A stretch of 64,000 nucleotides of DNA from contig CALCNX010000075.1 in assembly GCA_937899715.1 (NCBI GenBank), forward strand, positions 9,269 through 73,268. Direction: 5' to 3'. Made by a program: the position numbers and the translations under genes. The notes beneath the pieces are model-generated. The model made no database searches. It was not told the DNA's origin and saw only the letters and a program-made list of their open reading frames with translations. The number at the start of each line of letters is the position of its first letter. Positions within the stretch are counted from its first letter, which is position 1. The DNA comes from an uncultured bacterium. GTDB lineage: Bacteria; Bacteroidota; Ignavibacteria; Kapaibacteriales; UBA4661. Below are positions 8,442 through 18,121 of this stretch, piece after piece.

Positions 8442-10532
8442 TTGCAGCATTGTTTGAGTAATAATGTTGGGTTGTTACTCAGGTTTGACCAAAGCGCTAT
8501 TTCAAAAATTATGATGAGAATTTCTTCTCTGGTGGTTTTGTCTGTTATTTCTGCAATGTTTTTGCTGACTGGTAGTGTAATCTGCCAGTTTTCTATGTAT
8601 GCACAAGATAGAAAACAAGATTACCTTGTATTGCACACGAGCAATTCTGCTTCGTCTGTCAATAAGTATTCTCAAATACTTGAGTTTATTCAGCAGGAGC
8701 CAGATAGTGGTCTTCTGCTGAGTAGGCAATTGGAAGCAAAAGCTCGTGCTTATAGCAATGATCATGAATTGTCTATAGCACTTGCCTTAGTTGCTGCCGC
8801 ACTTGCCGATATAGATAGTACCGTGGAAGCTATCCGAATAGGGCGGTCGGCACTCATTCTTGCCAACAATCTCCGCGACACAACAGCAATGGCATGGTCA
8901 TTATTCGCTATCGGATACGCTTCAAGCCTGCGAGTGGATAAAAGTTTTACGGATTCCGCCAATAATGCCATCTCCCTCGCGCTTCTTACCGAAGGTCTTT
9001 CCTTTAGTATTGCTGCAAAGAATTTGTTGTTGAGTATCAACTTCCACAATATTATTGGGCGTTTATACCGAAGAATGAAAAAGTATGATGAAGCACTCAT
9101 GTATCACCTCAAAGCATATAATGATGCCAACGCCGTCAAGAGTTCTATTCAGGCGGGTTGGGCGGCATATGGTATCGCACTGTGTTATCAAACACGGCAT
9201 CAATTAGACTCAGCGCTTTATTTTGCGCTTGAATCTGTGCGTTTGCGAAGATTAGGGGGTGATCTCAGTTCGGTAGCTATTTCTTTGGGATCAACGTCGC
9301 TGATTTATGAGCAAATGGGCGATAAATTTCATGCTTTGCAATACGCCAAGCAATGTCTTCGCTATGCCGACAGCGCACATGGTCTGCTTCCAAAGATCGT
9401 TGCTCTGGAGCGGCTTTCCAAAACGAGTGAAGATGTCGGGCAATACCAACAAGCCTTGCAGTATTACAAGCAGCTTATTCTTGTGCGTGATTCTGCTGCT
9501 GTCCAAAATCAACTCAATGATGTCAAGCTCTTGGCTCAAGAACTTGAAATTGAACGCAGTAAACAAGAAAAACTTGAACTTCTGCAACAACAAAGGCAGC
9601 AACAACAGCTCTTACAAGAACGCAGCACTATAGCCGTTGTTAGTACAATAATCGCACTGGCGCTTATTGTTATTATGATTGTTGCGGGGCGCTTGCAGCG
9701 TTTGGCGCGGCAAAAGGAAATACTTACCAAAGAGTATGCTCGCTCTATGGAAGAAGTCAATCATCGTTTAGATGAGGCAAATCAAACCTTACAAACGCAA
9801 AATATCAGCCTCCAAGAATTGAATCTTGAAAAAAATGAAATTATCGGTATTGTAGCACACGACTTAAAGAATCCAATCAGTGCTGTACGGGGTTTTGCAG
9901 ACCTGATACAGAGTGGTTTTGCAGAAATGGAGCAGGTTCAGGAAATTTCGGGACAAATCGTGAGTACCGCAGACCGAATGTTGGATTTGGTCAAGAACCT
10001 TCTAGAAGTAAACCGTTTAGAACAAGGTGGAGCGGAATTTCATTGCATGGCGTTTGATATAGCCACGATGGTAGAAAGTGTCGTGTTGCAATATCAGGCA
10101 GCAGCCAACGCGAAAAATATCACGCTGCACTATTCCTTAGAAAGCTCGTCATCACTGGCTCTAGCCGATGAGCAAGCGCTGATGCAGGTTTTGGATAACC
10201 TTGTTTCCAATGCCGTGAAATACTCACCACACGAAAAAAATATTTTTATTCGATTAGAATCAAGTGATAATGCGGTGCGGATAGAAATTCGAGACGAAGG
10301 TCCGGGTATTTCGCCTGACGATATGCAAAAGCTATTTGGCAAGTTTGCCCGTCTTTCTGCCCGTCCCACGGGCGGCGAACACAGCACAGGACTGGGCTTG
10401 AGTATTGTTAAAAAAATGGTCGAAGCGATGAACGGGCGCGTTTGGTGTGAGTCGGAACTAGGCACGGGCGCGACGTTTATTGTCGAATTGCCAAAACCAC
10501 AAATTGTTCACAATGACGTATCGGCGGAATAA
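8442..10532 (+). CDS. TPR-repeat sensor histidine kinase with one TM helix and the shared transmitter module. The true start may be the downstream ATG near 8511 (MMRISSLVV..., signal-peptide-like).
   Basis: An N-terminal signal/TM segment, multiple TPR-like repeats (ALMYHLKAYNDA..., ALQYAKQCLRYAD..., ALQYYKQLIL), a TM helix (IAVVSTIIALALIVIMIVAG), the H-box EIIGIVAHDLKNPI and a conserved C-terminus. Confidence 0.85.
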   Translation: MQHCLSNNVGLLLRFDQSAISKIMMRISSLVVLSVISAMFLLTGSVICQFSMYAQDRKQDYLVLHTSNSASSVNKYSQILEFIQQEPDSGLLLSRQLEAKARAYSNDHELSIALALVAAALADIDSTVEAIRIGRSALILANNLRDTTAMAWSLFAIGYASSLRVDKSFTDSANNAISLALLTEGLSFSIAAKNLLLSINFHNIIGRLYRRMKKYDEALMYHLKAYNDANAVKSSIQAGWAAYGIALCYQTRHQLDSALYFALESVRLRRLGGDLSSVAISLGSTSLIYEQMGDKFHALQYAKQCLRYADSAHGLLPKIVALERLSKTSEDVGQYQQALQYYKQLILVRDSAAVQNQLNDVKLLAQELEIERSKQEKLELLQQQRQQQQLLQERSTIAVVSTIIALALIVIMIVAGRLQRLARQKEILTKEYARSMEEVNHRLDEANQTLQTQNISLQELNLEKNEIIGIVAHDLKNPISAVRGFADLIQSGFAEMEQVQEISGQIVSTADRMLDLVKNLLEVNRLEQGGAEFHCMAFDIATMVESVVLQYQAAANAKNITLHYSLESSSSLALADEQALMQVLDNLVSNAVKYSPHEKNIFIRLESSDNAVRIEIRDEGPGISPDDMQKLFGKFARLSARPTGGEHSTGLGLSIVKKMVEAMNGRVWCESELGTGATFIVELPKPQIVHNDVSAE

Positions 10533-10539
10533 AACAATA

Positions 10540-11922
10540 ATGCTCCAATACCTCTCCTCGAATATCAAGCATTTGCTCTCTCGGCTGCGTAAAGCACAGG
10601 AGCGCTTTTTCCAAACGCTCCGCGACCGGGTGTATCCCGAAACGTTCAGCCAAGAAATCAATGAGCAATGCCGGATTTTTTTTCCTTTTTATGCTATACC
10701 ATTTTCACTTGTAGCACTACCATACACTGTGCTTGATAAGGTCTTGTTGCCCAATGAACCGCTTGTAGTCTTGTTGCGTTATGGTATGTCCGTTGTTGTC
10801 GTTTTTGCGCTTTTAGCACGGTATCTCTGGCGCTACGAAGCGCGGCATCGTTTTATCGCTGCGGCGATGATGTATTACCTCATACTTTCTGCCGGTATTA
10901 TCACAGGTCTTGCAAAAGCGCATCCGAGCTACTTCGGCGGATATTGTTACGTGATTGTGCTCTTAGGGGCACTGCCCGTGCCACCTTCGCAGTTGGTTCT
11001 GGGGCTTATCCTGTCATTATTGATGTTTGCCGGACTGAGTATTCATCTGGAAGTAGATTTTACAAATCCTGCGGTACGATACGGTTTGCAAGACCTGATG
11101 AGTAGTATTGTTGTGCATGGTTGTCTCAGCTTCGGATGGTCGCTTGCACGACGTAATGCTTACGAGCAGGGGCGAGCTATACAAGAGCAGAAGCGGCTTC
11201 TGGAGCATCAAGCCGAAGAGCTTATTGCACTCAACAACGAAAAAAACGAAATGCTCAGTATTGTCGCCCATGACCTGAAGAATCCTATCACTGCAGTACG
11301 CGGCTTGGGGGAGCTTATCAGAAGCGGCTATGCTCAAGGAGAACAATTAGAAGAAGTGGCGCAGCAGATTATGAATACCGGCGACAGAATGTTGGAGCTG
11401 GTAAAAAATCTCCTTGCTGAAAATCAATTACAAGAAGGTAAAATGCAGTTTATGCCGAGGTTGCTTACACTTGCATCACTTGTCGAAGGTATCGTTTGGG
11501 AATATAAGCAAGTAGCGGCGCTCAAGAACATCACATTGCATTATACCAACGCAGCCACAGATACCAGAGCAATCGTGGATGAGCAAGCGTTTGCGCAGAT
11601 AATTGACAACTTGCTCTCCAATGCCGTCAAATACTCACCGCATGGCAAAAATATCTATGTGCGCATAAAAGATGCAGGAACGAATCCGTCAATGTTGAGA
11701 ATCGAAGTGCAGGATGAAGGTCCCGGCTTGAGCGCTGAAGACAAAAAACATTTATTCGGCAAATTTGCGCGTCTATCGGCACGACCAACGGGCGGCGAGC
11801 ACAGTACGGGCTTGGGACTCAGCATTGTGAAAAAAATGGTGGAAGCAATGAATGGCAGGGTGTGGTGCGAATCGGAATTGGGACAGGGTGCGACGTTTAT
11901 TGTGGAATTGCCGCCAGCCTAA
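10540..11922 (+). CDS. Polytopic membrane sensor histidine kinase with the shared transmitter module. The ORF track offers an alternative start at 10480 that overlaps the upstream gene; I chose the in-frame ATG at 10540 directly after the upstream stop.
   Basis: About six hydrophobic helices (FFPFYAIPFSLVALPY..., VVLLRYGMSVVVVFALLARYLW, MMYYLILSAGIITGL, GGYCYVIVLLGALPVP, LVLGLILSLLMFAGL), then the H-box EMLSIVAHDLKNPI and a conserved C-terminus. Confidence 0.8.
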   Translation: MLQYLSSNIKHLLSRLRKAQERFFQTLRDRVYPETFSQEINEQCRIFFPFYAIPFSLVALPYTVLDKVLLPNEPLVVLLRYGMSVVVVFALLARYLWRYEARHRFIAAAMMYYLILSAGIITGLAKAHPSYFGGYCYVIVLLGALPVPPSQLVLGLILSLLMFAGLSIHLEVDFTNPAVRYGLQDLMSSIVVHGCLSFGWSLARRNAYEQGRAIQEQKRLLEHQAEELIALNNEKNEMLSIVAHDLKNPITAVRGLGELIRSGYAQGEQLEEVAQQIMNTGDRMLELVKNLLAENQLQEGKMQFMPRLLTLASLVEGIVWEYKQVAALKNITLHYTNAATDTRAIVDEQAFAQIIDNLLSNAVKYSPHGKNIYVRIKDAGTNPSMLRIEVQDEGPGLSAEDKKHLFGKFARLSARPTGGEHSTGLGLSIVKKMVEAMNGRVWCESELGQGATFIVELPPA

Positions 11923-12044
11923 AAACGCTTTGATATTGTTTTTCCTGCTTTTGTTGTATCTTTGTTCCTTGTTTGTGTCATTTGCCAAAATGAGTGTTCG
12001 CGCCTTATCACTTCACTTTGTCCCGTTTTTCTTGAGAAACAGCT

Positions 12045-13223
12045 ATGCTCACAATAAAAAAAGTCAGCACAGAAGAAACAATGCAGATTGCTGAGAGTGC
12101 AGAATCGAAAAAACGGCGCTTACTGCTTGTGGATGATGAGCCCGGCATTTTACGCCTATTAACCGGTCTTTTTTCTCCCTTCTACCTTGTGCGCACTGCT
12201 GGCTCCGGCTACGAAGCGATGAAAGTCCTGCAAGAAGGCTTTTCGCCGCAGGTCATTATCGCCGACCAGCGTATGCCCGGCATGACAGGCGCACAACTCC
12301 TTGCCGAGAGCCGAAAGATTGTGCCGGATGCTGTGCGCGTTACACTTACGGGCTATACAGATGTGAAGGAAATTATTGACAGTGTGAACAATGGCGCTAT
12401 CTATCGTTTTGTCGGCAAGCCGTGGGAAGACCCTGAGATTGTGGAGACGATTCGTTTGTGTTTTGAGCAATATGACCTTAGCACGAAAAATGTTGAATTG
12501 GAAGCCGCATTGAATCAGGTGCAGCGACTCAATGAAGAGAAAAATGAGATAATGGGAATTGTCTCGCACGACCTCAAAAATCCGATTAGCGCAATTCTGG
12601 GCATGACGGAATTGATGTTGCCCAATAAGGGATTTAATTTGGCGATAAGTGATTATCAGCAATTTTCGCAGATGATACAGCAAACGGCAGCCAATATGCT
12701 GGAACTTGTTAAAGGGCTTCTGGACGACCACTGGCTTGAATTTGGTGCGATGGAACTCTATGCAACTGAGATTGATGCAAGCGTGCTGGCGAAGTTTGTG
12801 GTGGACGATTATCGGCAGCGTGCTCGCGATAAAAATATCACTCTCCACTGCGACGCGCCTGAGAACGTGCTTGTTCTTGCCGACGAGCGCCGCTTACATC
12901 AAGTTCTTGATAATCTCATTTCCAATGCCGTCAAATACTCGCCGACAGGGAAAAATATTGTTGTCCGTACCGCCAATGTTCAGAATACTACGCGCATCAG
13001 CGTTCAGGACGAAGGACCCGGACTGAGTGACGACGACAAATCCAAACTTTTCGGCAAATTTGCTCGTCTTTCGGCGCAGCCTACGGGTGGGGAGCACAGT
13101 AGTGGTCTGGGTTTGAGTATTGTCAAGAAAATGGTGGAAGCGATGCAGGGGCGTGTGTGGTGCGAATCGGAGTTTGGCAAAGGCTCAACGTTTATTGTTG
13201 AACTTCCGGCTCCGCTACGGTAA
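12045..13223 (+). CDS. Hybrid protein with an N-terminal receiver (REC) domain fused directly to the shared transmitter module (REC, short coiled coil, HisKA, HATPase_c). It has no sensor domain and no TM helix.
   Basis: REC motifs LLLVDDEPGILRL, the acceptor Asp in IIADQRMPGMTG, and the Lys in GKPW. These are followed by NEEKNEIMGIVSHDLKNPI and the C-terminus [52 protein letters not shown]. Confidence 0.85.
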   Translation: MLTIKKVSTEETMQIAESAESKKRRLLLVDDEPGILRLLTGLFSPFYLVRTAGSGYEAMKVLQEGFSPQVIIADQRMPGMTGAQLLAESRKIVPDAVRVTLTGYTDVKEIIDSVNNGAIYRFVGKPWEDPEIVETIRLCFEQYDLSTKNVELEAALNQVQRLNEEKNEIMGIVSHDLKNPISAILGMTELMLPNKGFNLAISDYQQFSQMIQQTAANMLELVKGLLDDHWLEFGAMELYATEIDASVLAKFVVDDYRQRARDKNITLHCDAPENVLVLADERRLHQVLDNLISNAVKYSPTGKNIVVRTANVQNTTRISVQDEGPGLSDDDKSKLFGKFARLSAQPTGGEHSSGLGLSIVKKMVEAMQGRVWCESEFGKGSTFIVELPAPLR

Positions 13224-16200
13224 TGCAGAGGAGCACACGACATATCTTTTTCTATTGGTTTCGGTGTGGGGTGATGCTCTTATGCTTTGTTTGGGGGGCG
13301 CTTGCTCAAAATGCGGAAGAGCGCACGTTTCGGCGTTTGAGCCATGTGGAAGGGTTATCGAACGACGAAGTATATTGCATGACCCAAGACCGTCGCGGTA
13401 TGATGTGGTTCGGCACCGCCGACGGCTTGAATAGTTACGACGGCATAAAATTTACGCTCTATCGCCACCGCGAAGGAGATACTACCTCACTTCCACAAAA
13501 CGGCATTCTTTCTCTTGCTGAAGATGCGAGCGGTAATCTATGGGTGGGAACAAAAGATTACTTGTGCCGCTTTCATCCCGTACGTGGTACCTTTACTTGG
13601 TATCGTTTGCCCACTCATTACCCTCTGGAGAATGTTCGCAATATTGTGGACATCGGTGGCGATTATTTATACCTTGCCGTTGGCTACGGTGCACTACGCT
13701 TCGACAAGCGTACGGGCGAGAGTAAAGCTCTTTTTGACCAAAATGATTTTCCTAAGGAGTTGGTGTATGTTGTCACCGATGTTTTTAGCGATACTTCTTC
13801 CCGAATCTGGATTACAAGCAGCAGGGGAATTTTTGTGCATGACCCTCGTTCAGAAACGCTTCGCCACGTTGTAAGGCGGATTATTAACAGAGCCATGCCC
13901 CGAAAAGACGGCGAGGGTAAAATATGGTTCTCCGATTCAACAGGAATCCATGTCTTTGACCCCTATCGTGAGCGCATTGTTAAAACGTTTCCTTCGGCAT
14001 CATTTCCACATAATTCGGGCGTATCGAAGTACAACTATGCGTTCTTGCTCACGCAATCGCACGACGGTGCTATTTGGTTTACGATGGGGTTGAGTCTGTT
14101 TACGTTGAATCCGTCAACGGGAACAATTTCCATTCATACTCCTGCTCTGCGGCGTGCGCTGGGCAGTGCTGAGATTATTTGTGCCGTCACAGACCGCACG
14201 GGTGTGGTGTGGCTTGGAGATAATGTACGCGGCTTGGGGTTGTGGTCGCCCTATAATCCCAAGTTTAAACTGTGGCGGCACGACCCTACAAACGCTAACA
14301 CTATCAGCAATGACTATATTCGCGGGATTTGGGAGGATTCCACGGACAACGTTTGGGTTTGTACGCAATATGGTGGTTTGAATCGTATCAATCGCCACAC
14401 GGGAATCGTACAGCATTACAGGCACACGCCCGGCAATCCGCAAAGTCTTATGAGTGATGAACTCTGGGGGATTACGCCGTTAAACAGCCATGAGATTCTT
14501 CTTCATAAAAGTGTGCAGACCCAAGTTTTGAACACCCAACGAGGCACTTTTCGAGGCACACGGCTTCATCCGACACTGGCAATGCTACGCGATAGAGACG
14601 GAACGTTGTGGATGGCAGATTCAATAAAGGGCGAGTTCTTTAACGGTACGATTACCACCGATGGAAGGCGCTTTCTTCCTGCGCTGCCATTGGGGTTTGA
14701 GAATGCACGCTTAGATGCCGCCATTGAGGACAGGCGCGGGCGAATATGGTTCGCCCATTACAGAACACGTATTTTGCGGTATGACAAGCAGCGTCAGGTA
14801 TGGGACACCGTGCGTGGCTTGTCCAAATTACAGCGAGCTGATTATTTTTCCAGCATGACAGAAGATGCCGCAGGTAATATGTTGATTGCGACAAAGGGAG
14901 ATGGAATCTACGTTTGCGACACGAACGACCGTGTGTGGAGTATCAGCGAAAAAGACGGCTTGCCGAACAATAACGTTTATGGCATATTTCACGATAAGCG
15001 TGGTGCGCTCTGGATGAGTTCTGATAGAGGCGTTATACGTTACGACCCCGCCACAAAGCACTTTCGCCAATTCACACCCAACGACGGCTTGCAGGGCTGG
15101 GAGTTCAACCGCATGGCATTTCACCAAAACAAAAAGGGTGAAATTTATTTTGGTGGCACTGACGGCTTGAATCTTTTTCACCCCGATAGTGTTCGGGATA
15201 ATCCTCTCGCGCCGCCTGTGGTACTGACAGCGCTCAAAATTTTTGATAAACCGTGGGAAGATATTCGTGAGCGCGATATTCGAGTAAGTGCTTTGAATGC
15301 AGGAAATCTGCATGGTACGGAGCGCAACGACACAGTGCTGGCAGATATGCATATACTTCGCTTGCCATATAATTACAACACGCTCACTTTTGAGTTTGCA
15401 GCTCTGGATTTCACCGCGCCGCATCTGAATCAATACTCGTGGAAACTGGAAGGCTTCGAGCCGGAATGGGGTGATAGCACGACAAAACACGAAACGAAAT
15501 ATACGAACCTCTCTCCCGGAGACTATGTGTTCCGTGTCCGTGCCTGCAATAGCGACGGCGTGTGGAACGAAGCCGGGTTTGCTCTTACCATTATTATCGA
15601 ACCTGCTTGGTACCAGACGTGGTGGTTTCGTCTGCTTTCGGCAGCAGCATTGATAGCCGCAGTAGCACTCATTGTTCGGTGGCGTGTTCGTGCTGTGGAG
15701 GTGCGGAACCGTTTGCTGGAAGTGGAAGTACACAAACGTACGAAAGAGCTACGTGAGGCAAATTCAGAAATCAAACGGCAATTGGATGTCCAAGATGCGC
15801 AAGCCCGTGAAATTGAGCTTGCCAATAGTGAATTAGATATTACATTGCAAGACTTGAAAACAACGCAAACACAGCTCGTGCAGTCCGAGCGGATGAATGC
15901 TATCGGTATGCTCACAGCAGGTGTGATGCACGAAATCAACAATCCTAACGCGATTGCGTACTCTGCCATCACCCAAACCCGCACCAAACTTGAGGAGATG
16001 ATGAAGTATTTTCTTTCGCTCTTGGACGACGAAAGCAAAGAATCTGACGAAGTGCGGAAATATCAAGAATTGAGTAATGATGCCCTTTCACGCCTTGAAC
16101 TCGCCGCCGATGGTGCGGGGCGTGTCAAAACGATTGTGGCAAATTTGCAAGGCATGACCAAGCATCAAGAAGAAGGCGGTAAAGTGGGAAATCTCGTCGC

Positions 16201-16618
16201 AGAATTAACGTCAACCTTTAGCTTATTTCGGATGCAATTCCATACTGTTGAAATTGTCGTTGCTCCCGACACACCGCCTAGCATCTTCATCCGAGCGAAT
16301 TTTGGCGAAATCAATCAAGTCTTTCTGAATCTGCTGGTGAATGCCGCCCAAGCCGGTGCAACACGAATCACGATGACCGCCACACAAGCTGACTCGATGA
16401 TTGTTTTACGGATGACCGACAACGGCAAAGGAATTTCGGCAAAGACAGTAAGCCACATCTTCGAGCCATTCTTTACGACCAAAGCTGCGGGCAATAGTGG
16501 TTTGGGGCTAAGTATATCCAAACAAATTATTGAGCGGCACGGTGGTGAGATAGAATGCGAGTCAGAGCTTGGTAAAGGCACAACTTTTATTGTTCGACTT
16601 CCGATGGTCACTGTATGA
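13223..16618 (+). CDS. Sensor histidine kinase that combines propeller repeats and a Y_Y_Y sensor with the second kinase-core type (HEINNPNA HisKA, GNSGLGLSIS ATPase). Its start codon overlaps the stop of the upstream gene (taATG); an alternative start lies near 13274.
   Basis: Propeller repeats (MWFGTADGLNSYDG, LWVGTKDYLCRF), a Y_Y_Y motif (FEFAALDFTAPHLNQYSWKLEGFEPEWGDSTTKHETKYTNLSPGDYVFRVRACNSDGVWNE), a TM helix (WWFRLLSAAALIAAVALIV) and the H-box VQSERMNAIGMLTAGVMHEINNPNA. The C-terminus is homologous to 55..996. Confidence 0.85.
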   Translation: MQRSTRHIFFYWFRCGVMLLCFVWGALAQNAEERTFRRLSHVEGLSNDEVYCMTQDRRGMMWFGTADGLNSYDGIKFTLYRHREGDTTSLPQNGILSLAEDASGNLWVGTKDYLCRFHPVRGTFTWYRLPTHYPLENVRNIVDIGGDYLYLAVGYGALRFDKRTGESKALFDQNDFPKELVYVVTDVFSDTSSRIWITSSRGIFVHDPRSETLRHVVRRIINRAMPRKDGEGKIWFSDSTGIHVFDPYRERIVKTFPSASFPHNSGVSKYNYAFLLTQSHDGAIWFTMGLSLFTLNPSTGTISIHTPALRRALGSAEIICAVTDRTGVVWLGDNVRGLGLWSPYNPKFKLWRHDPTNANTISNDYIRGIWEDSTDNVWVCTQYGGLNRINRHTGIVQHYRHTPGNPQSLMSDELWGITPLNSHEILLHKSVQTQVLNTQRGTFRGTRLHPTLAMLRDRDGTLWMADSIKGEFFNGTITTDGRRFLPALPLGFENARLDAAIEDRRGRIWFAHYRTRILRYDKQRQVWDTVRGLSKLQRADYFSSMTEDAAGNMLIATKGDGIYVCDTNDRVWSISEKDGLPNNNVYGIFHDKRGALWMSSDRGVIRYDPATKHFRQFTPNDGLQGWEFNRMAFHQNKKGEIYFGGTDGLNLFHPDSVRDNPLAPPVVLTALKIFDKPWEDIRERDIRVSALNAGNLHGTERNDTVLADMHILRLPYNYNTLTFEFAALDFTAPHLNQYSWKLEGFEPEWGDSTTKHETKYTNLSPGDYVFRVRACNSDGVWNEAGFALTIIIEPAWYQTWWFRLLSAAALIAAVALIVRWRVRAVEVRNRLLEVEVHKRTKELREANSEIKRQLDVQDAQAREIELANSELDITLQDLKTTQTQLVQSERMNAIGMLTAGVMHEINNPNAIAYSAITQTRTKLEEMMKYFLSLLDDESKESDEVRKYQELSNDALSRLELAADGAGRVKTIVANLQGMTKHQEEGGKVGNLVAELTSTFSLFRMQFHTVEIVVAPDTPPSIFIRANFGEINQVFLNLLVNAAQAGATRITMTATQADSMIVLRMTDNGKGISAKTVSHIFEPFFTTKAAGNSGLGLSISKQIIERHGGEIECESELGKGTTFIVRLPMVTV

Positions 16619-16744
16619 TGATTATAGGCAGGTGGATACAATCATTTTCGACTTGCCCGTCGTGCGGAATAGTATCGGCAATATTCAGGGTTGTATGGAC
16701 TCAGGAATTATTGTAAAAAATTTTTGCTACTAGATTTTTCCACA

Positions 16745-17413
16745 ATGACTACTCAACCGACAATAAAAGCACTCATAGCTGATGACCATGAAATAGCGCG
16801 GTTTGCGTTTCTCAAGTGGTTAGAGGAAGAGGCACAGACTGGGGTGCTTGATGTTAGCATCATTGGTATTGTGTCCACAGGACAACAGGCATTAGACCGT
16901 GTTTTGCTGTCGTCCAATCATGGTGAAGCCATTACTTTCTTGATACTCGACCTTGATATGCCGGATATGACTGGTCTGGAAGTCATCAAAACGCTTCGCG
17001 CAAAGGCATGGAAGCATCCGATATTGGTCATTTCCGGTTCGTATCTGGCAACAGCACGGGATGTGCTTGCGGTCGGAGCAAATGGGTTTATCTCCAAAGA
17101 AGAGGGGCAATCGGTGTTCGTTGAAGCGGTGCATTTTTTGGCGAGCAATCCCGATAGAACATGGCTCAGTCCCAAAACGCACCGCCAACTTCTTCACACT
17201 GAAAATCTTCTCAAAAAAGCTGACCTGACAACCGCTGAACAAGGTGTACTCAGGCTTGCCAAGTTCTCGAACAAAGAAATCGCCGATAAACTTGGTATTG
17301 CCGAAAGTACCGTCAAAAAGCATTTTTGGAGTATCTTCCAAAAGCTCGGTATTGCCTCGCGCTATGATGCGATTGCCTTTGCGATTGAAGCGGGCTTGAT
17401 TGTTGGGCGGTAG
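16745..17413 (+). CDS. Response regulator of the NarL/FixJ (LuxR-type helix-turn-helix) family with an unusual insertion of about 35 aa in the receiver domain.
   Basis: REC motifs (KALIADDHEIARFA and the acceptor D in LILDLDMPDMTG) and a C-terminal LuxR helix-turn-helix (LTTAEQGVLRLAKFSNKEIADKLGIAESTVKKHFWSIFQKLGI). Confidence 0.85.
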   Translation: MTTQPTIKALIADDHEIARFAFLKWLEEEAQTGVLDVSIIGIVSTGQQALDRVLLSSNHGEAITFLILDLDMPDMTGLEVIKTLRAKAWKHPILVISGSYLATARDVLAVGANGFISKEEGQSVFVEAVHFLASNPDRTWLSPKTHRQLLHTENLLKKADLTTAEQGVLRLAKFSNKEIADKLGIAESTVKKHFWSIFQKLGIASRYDAIAFAIEAGLIVGR

Positions 17414-17466
17414 GAATGATGCGCACCTGCGGTAATCGCCTATCACGATAGGCTTTCAACGCAAGA

Positions 17467-17898
17467 TTACTTTGCTTTCCACTTCCATGTCAGTCCAGCG
17501 CCAGAATACTGCAACGCTGTCGCTGTGAGTTCGTCAATGCTGAAAGTGCCTGTGTACAAATTCGGAACCGTCAGCGTTAAAGTGGTCAGACCAGATAATG
17601 ACCACGTACCAGCGTAGGTTGCAGGAGCTCCAGCCATCTGTGCTGCTGCCGTTGTGGTAAAGGTGACCGAACCAGATGCCGTAAAAACAGCCGTCATACC
17701 CGTATAAACGATTGTTTGATTGGCACTCGGTGTACTCGTTGTGCCAGTTGCAAAACTATCGAAGACCCAGCCGCCAGAACGGGTGATTGCGTCTGTTTGG
17801 CTGCCAGTGGTTGTGACGGTGCAAGCAGACAAGCCGCCCAGTATTGCGATGACAGCAAAGCACAGAGCGAGATTGTGGAGTAAAAAGGAGCGTTTCAT
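17467..17898 (-). CDS. Small secreted or lipoprotein-like protein rich in Thr, Ser and Gly, of unknown function.
   Basis: N-terminal signal peptide with a lipobox-like LSAC. The ORF lies convergent to the upstream regulator gene, with a short palindrome (gcctatcacgataggc) in the gap between them. Confidence 0.5.
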   Translation of the reverse strand: MKRSFLLHNLALCFAVIAILGGLSACTVTTTGSQTDAITRSGGWVFDSFATGTTSTPSANQTIVYTGMTAVFTASGSVTFTTTAAAQMAGAPATYAGTWSLSGLTTLTLTVPNLYTGTFSIDELTATALQYSGAGLTWKWKAK

Positions 17899-18121
17899 GG
17901 ATGTAGAGAAAAAAGATAAAAAAATGCAAGTTGTGGTAACTCGCTAAAGATTGTGTTCGGTTGTGTATTGATTCGATTCGCAACAGCACCGGATAATGTG
18001 TTCTTCTTATCAAAAATACCACTTTCAATACTTCTCTGTAACCCTCTCGAAGTTCTATTCACCTACTACCAAAAGTTCTATGTGTGAAATTCAATACATT
18101 CACCACTCACCACTGCTTTCT

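Noticed and set aside
10480-10539. The ORF-track start at 10480 for the membrane kinase, which overlaps the upstream gene by 53 nt
   Set aside because: An in-frame ATG at 10540 lies directly after the upstream stop codon and precedes the first TM helix, which makes it the more plausible start. The overlap version cannot be excluded.
12159-12848. A 229-aa minus-strand ORF inside the REC-kinase gene
   Set aside because: It lies entirely within a well-supported plus-strand CDS and has no recognisable domains. It is an antisense artefact.
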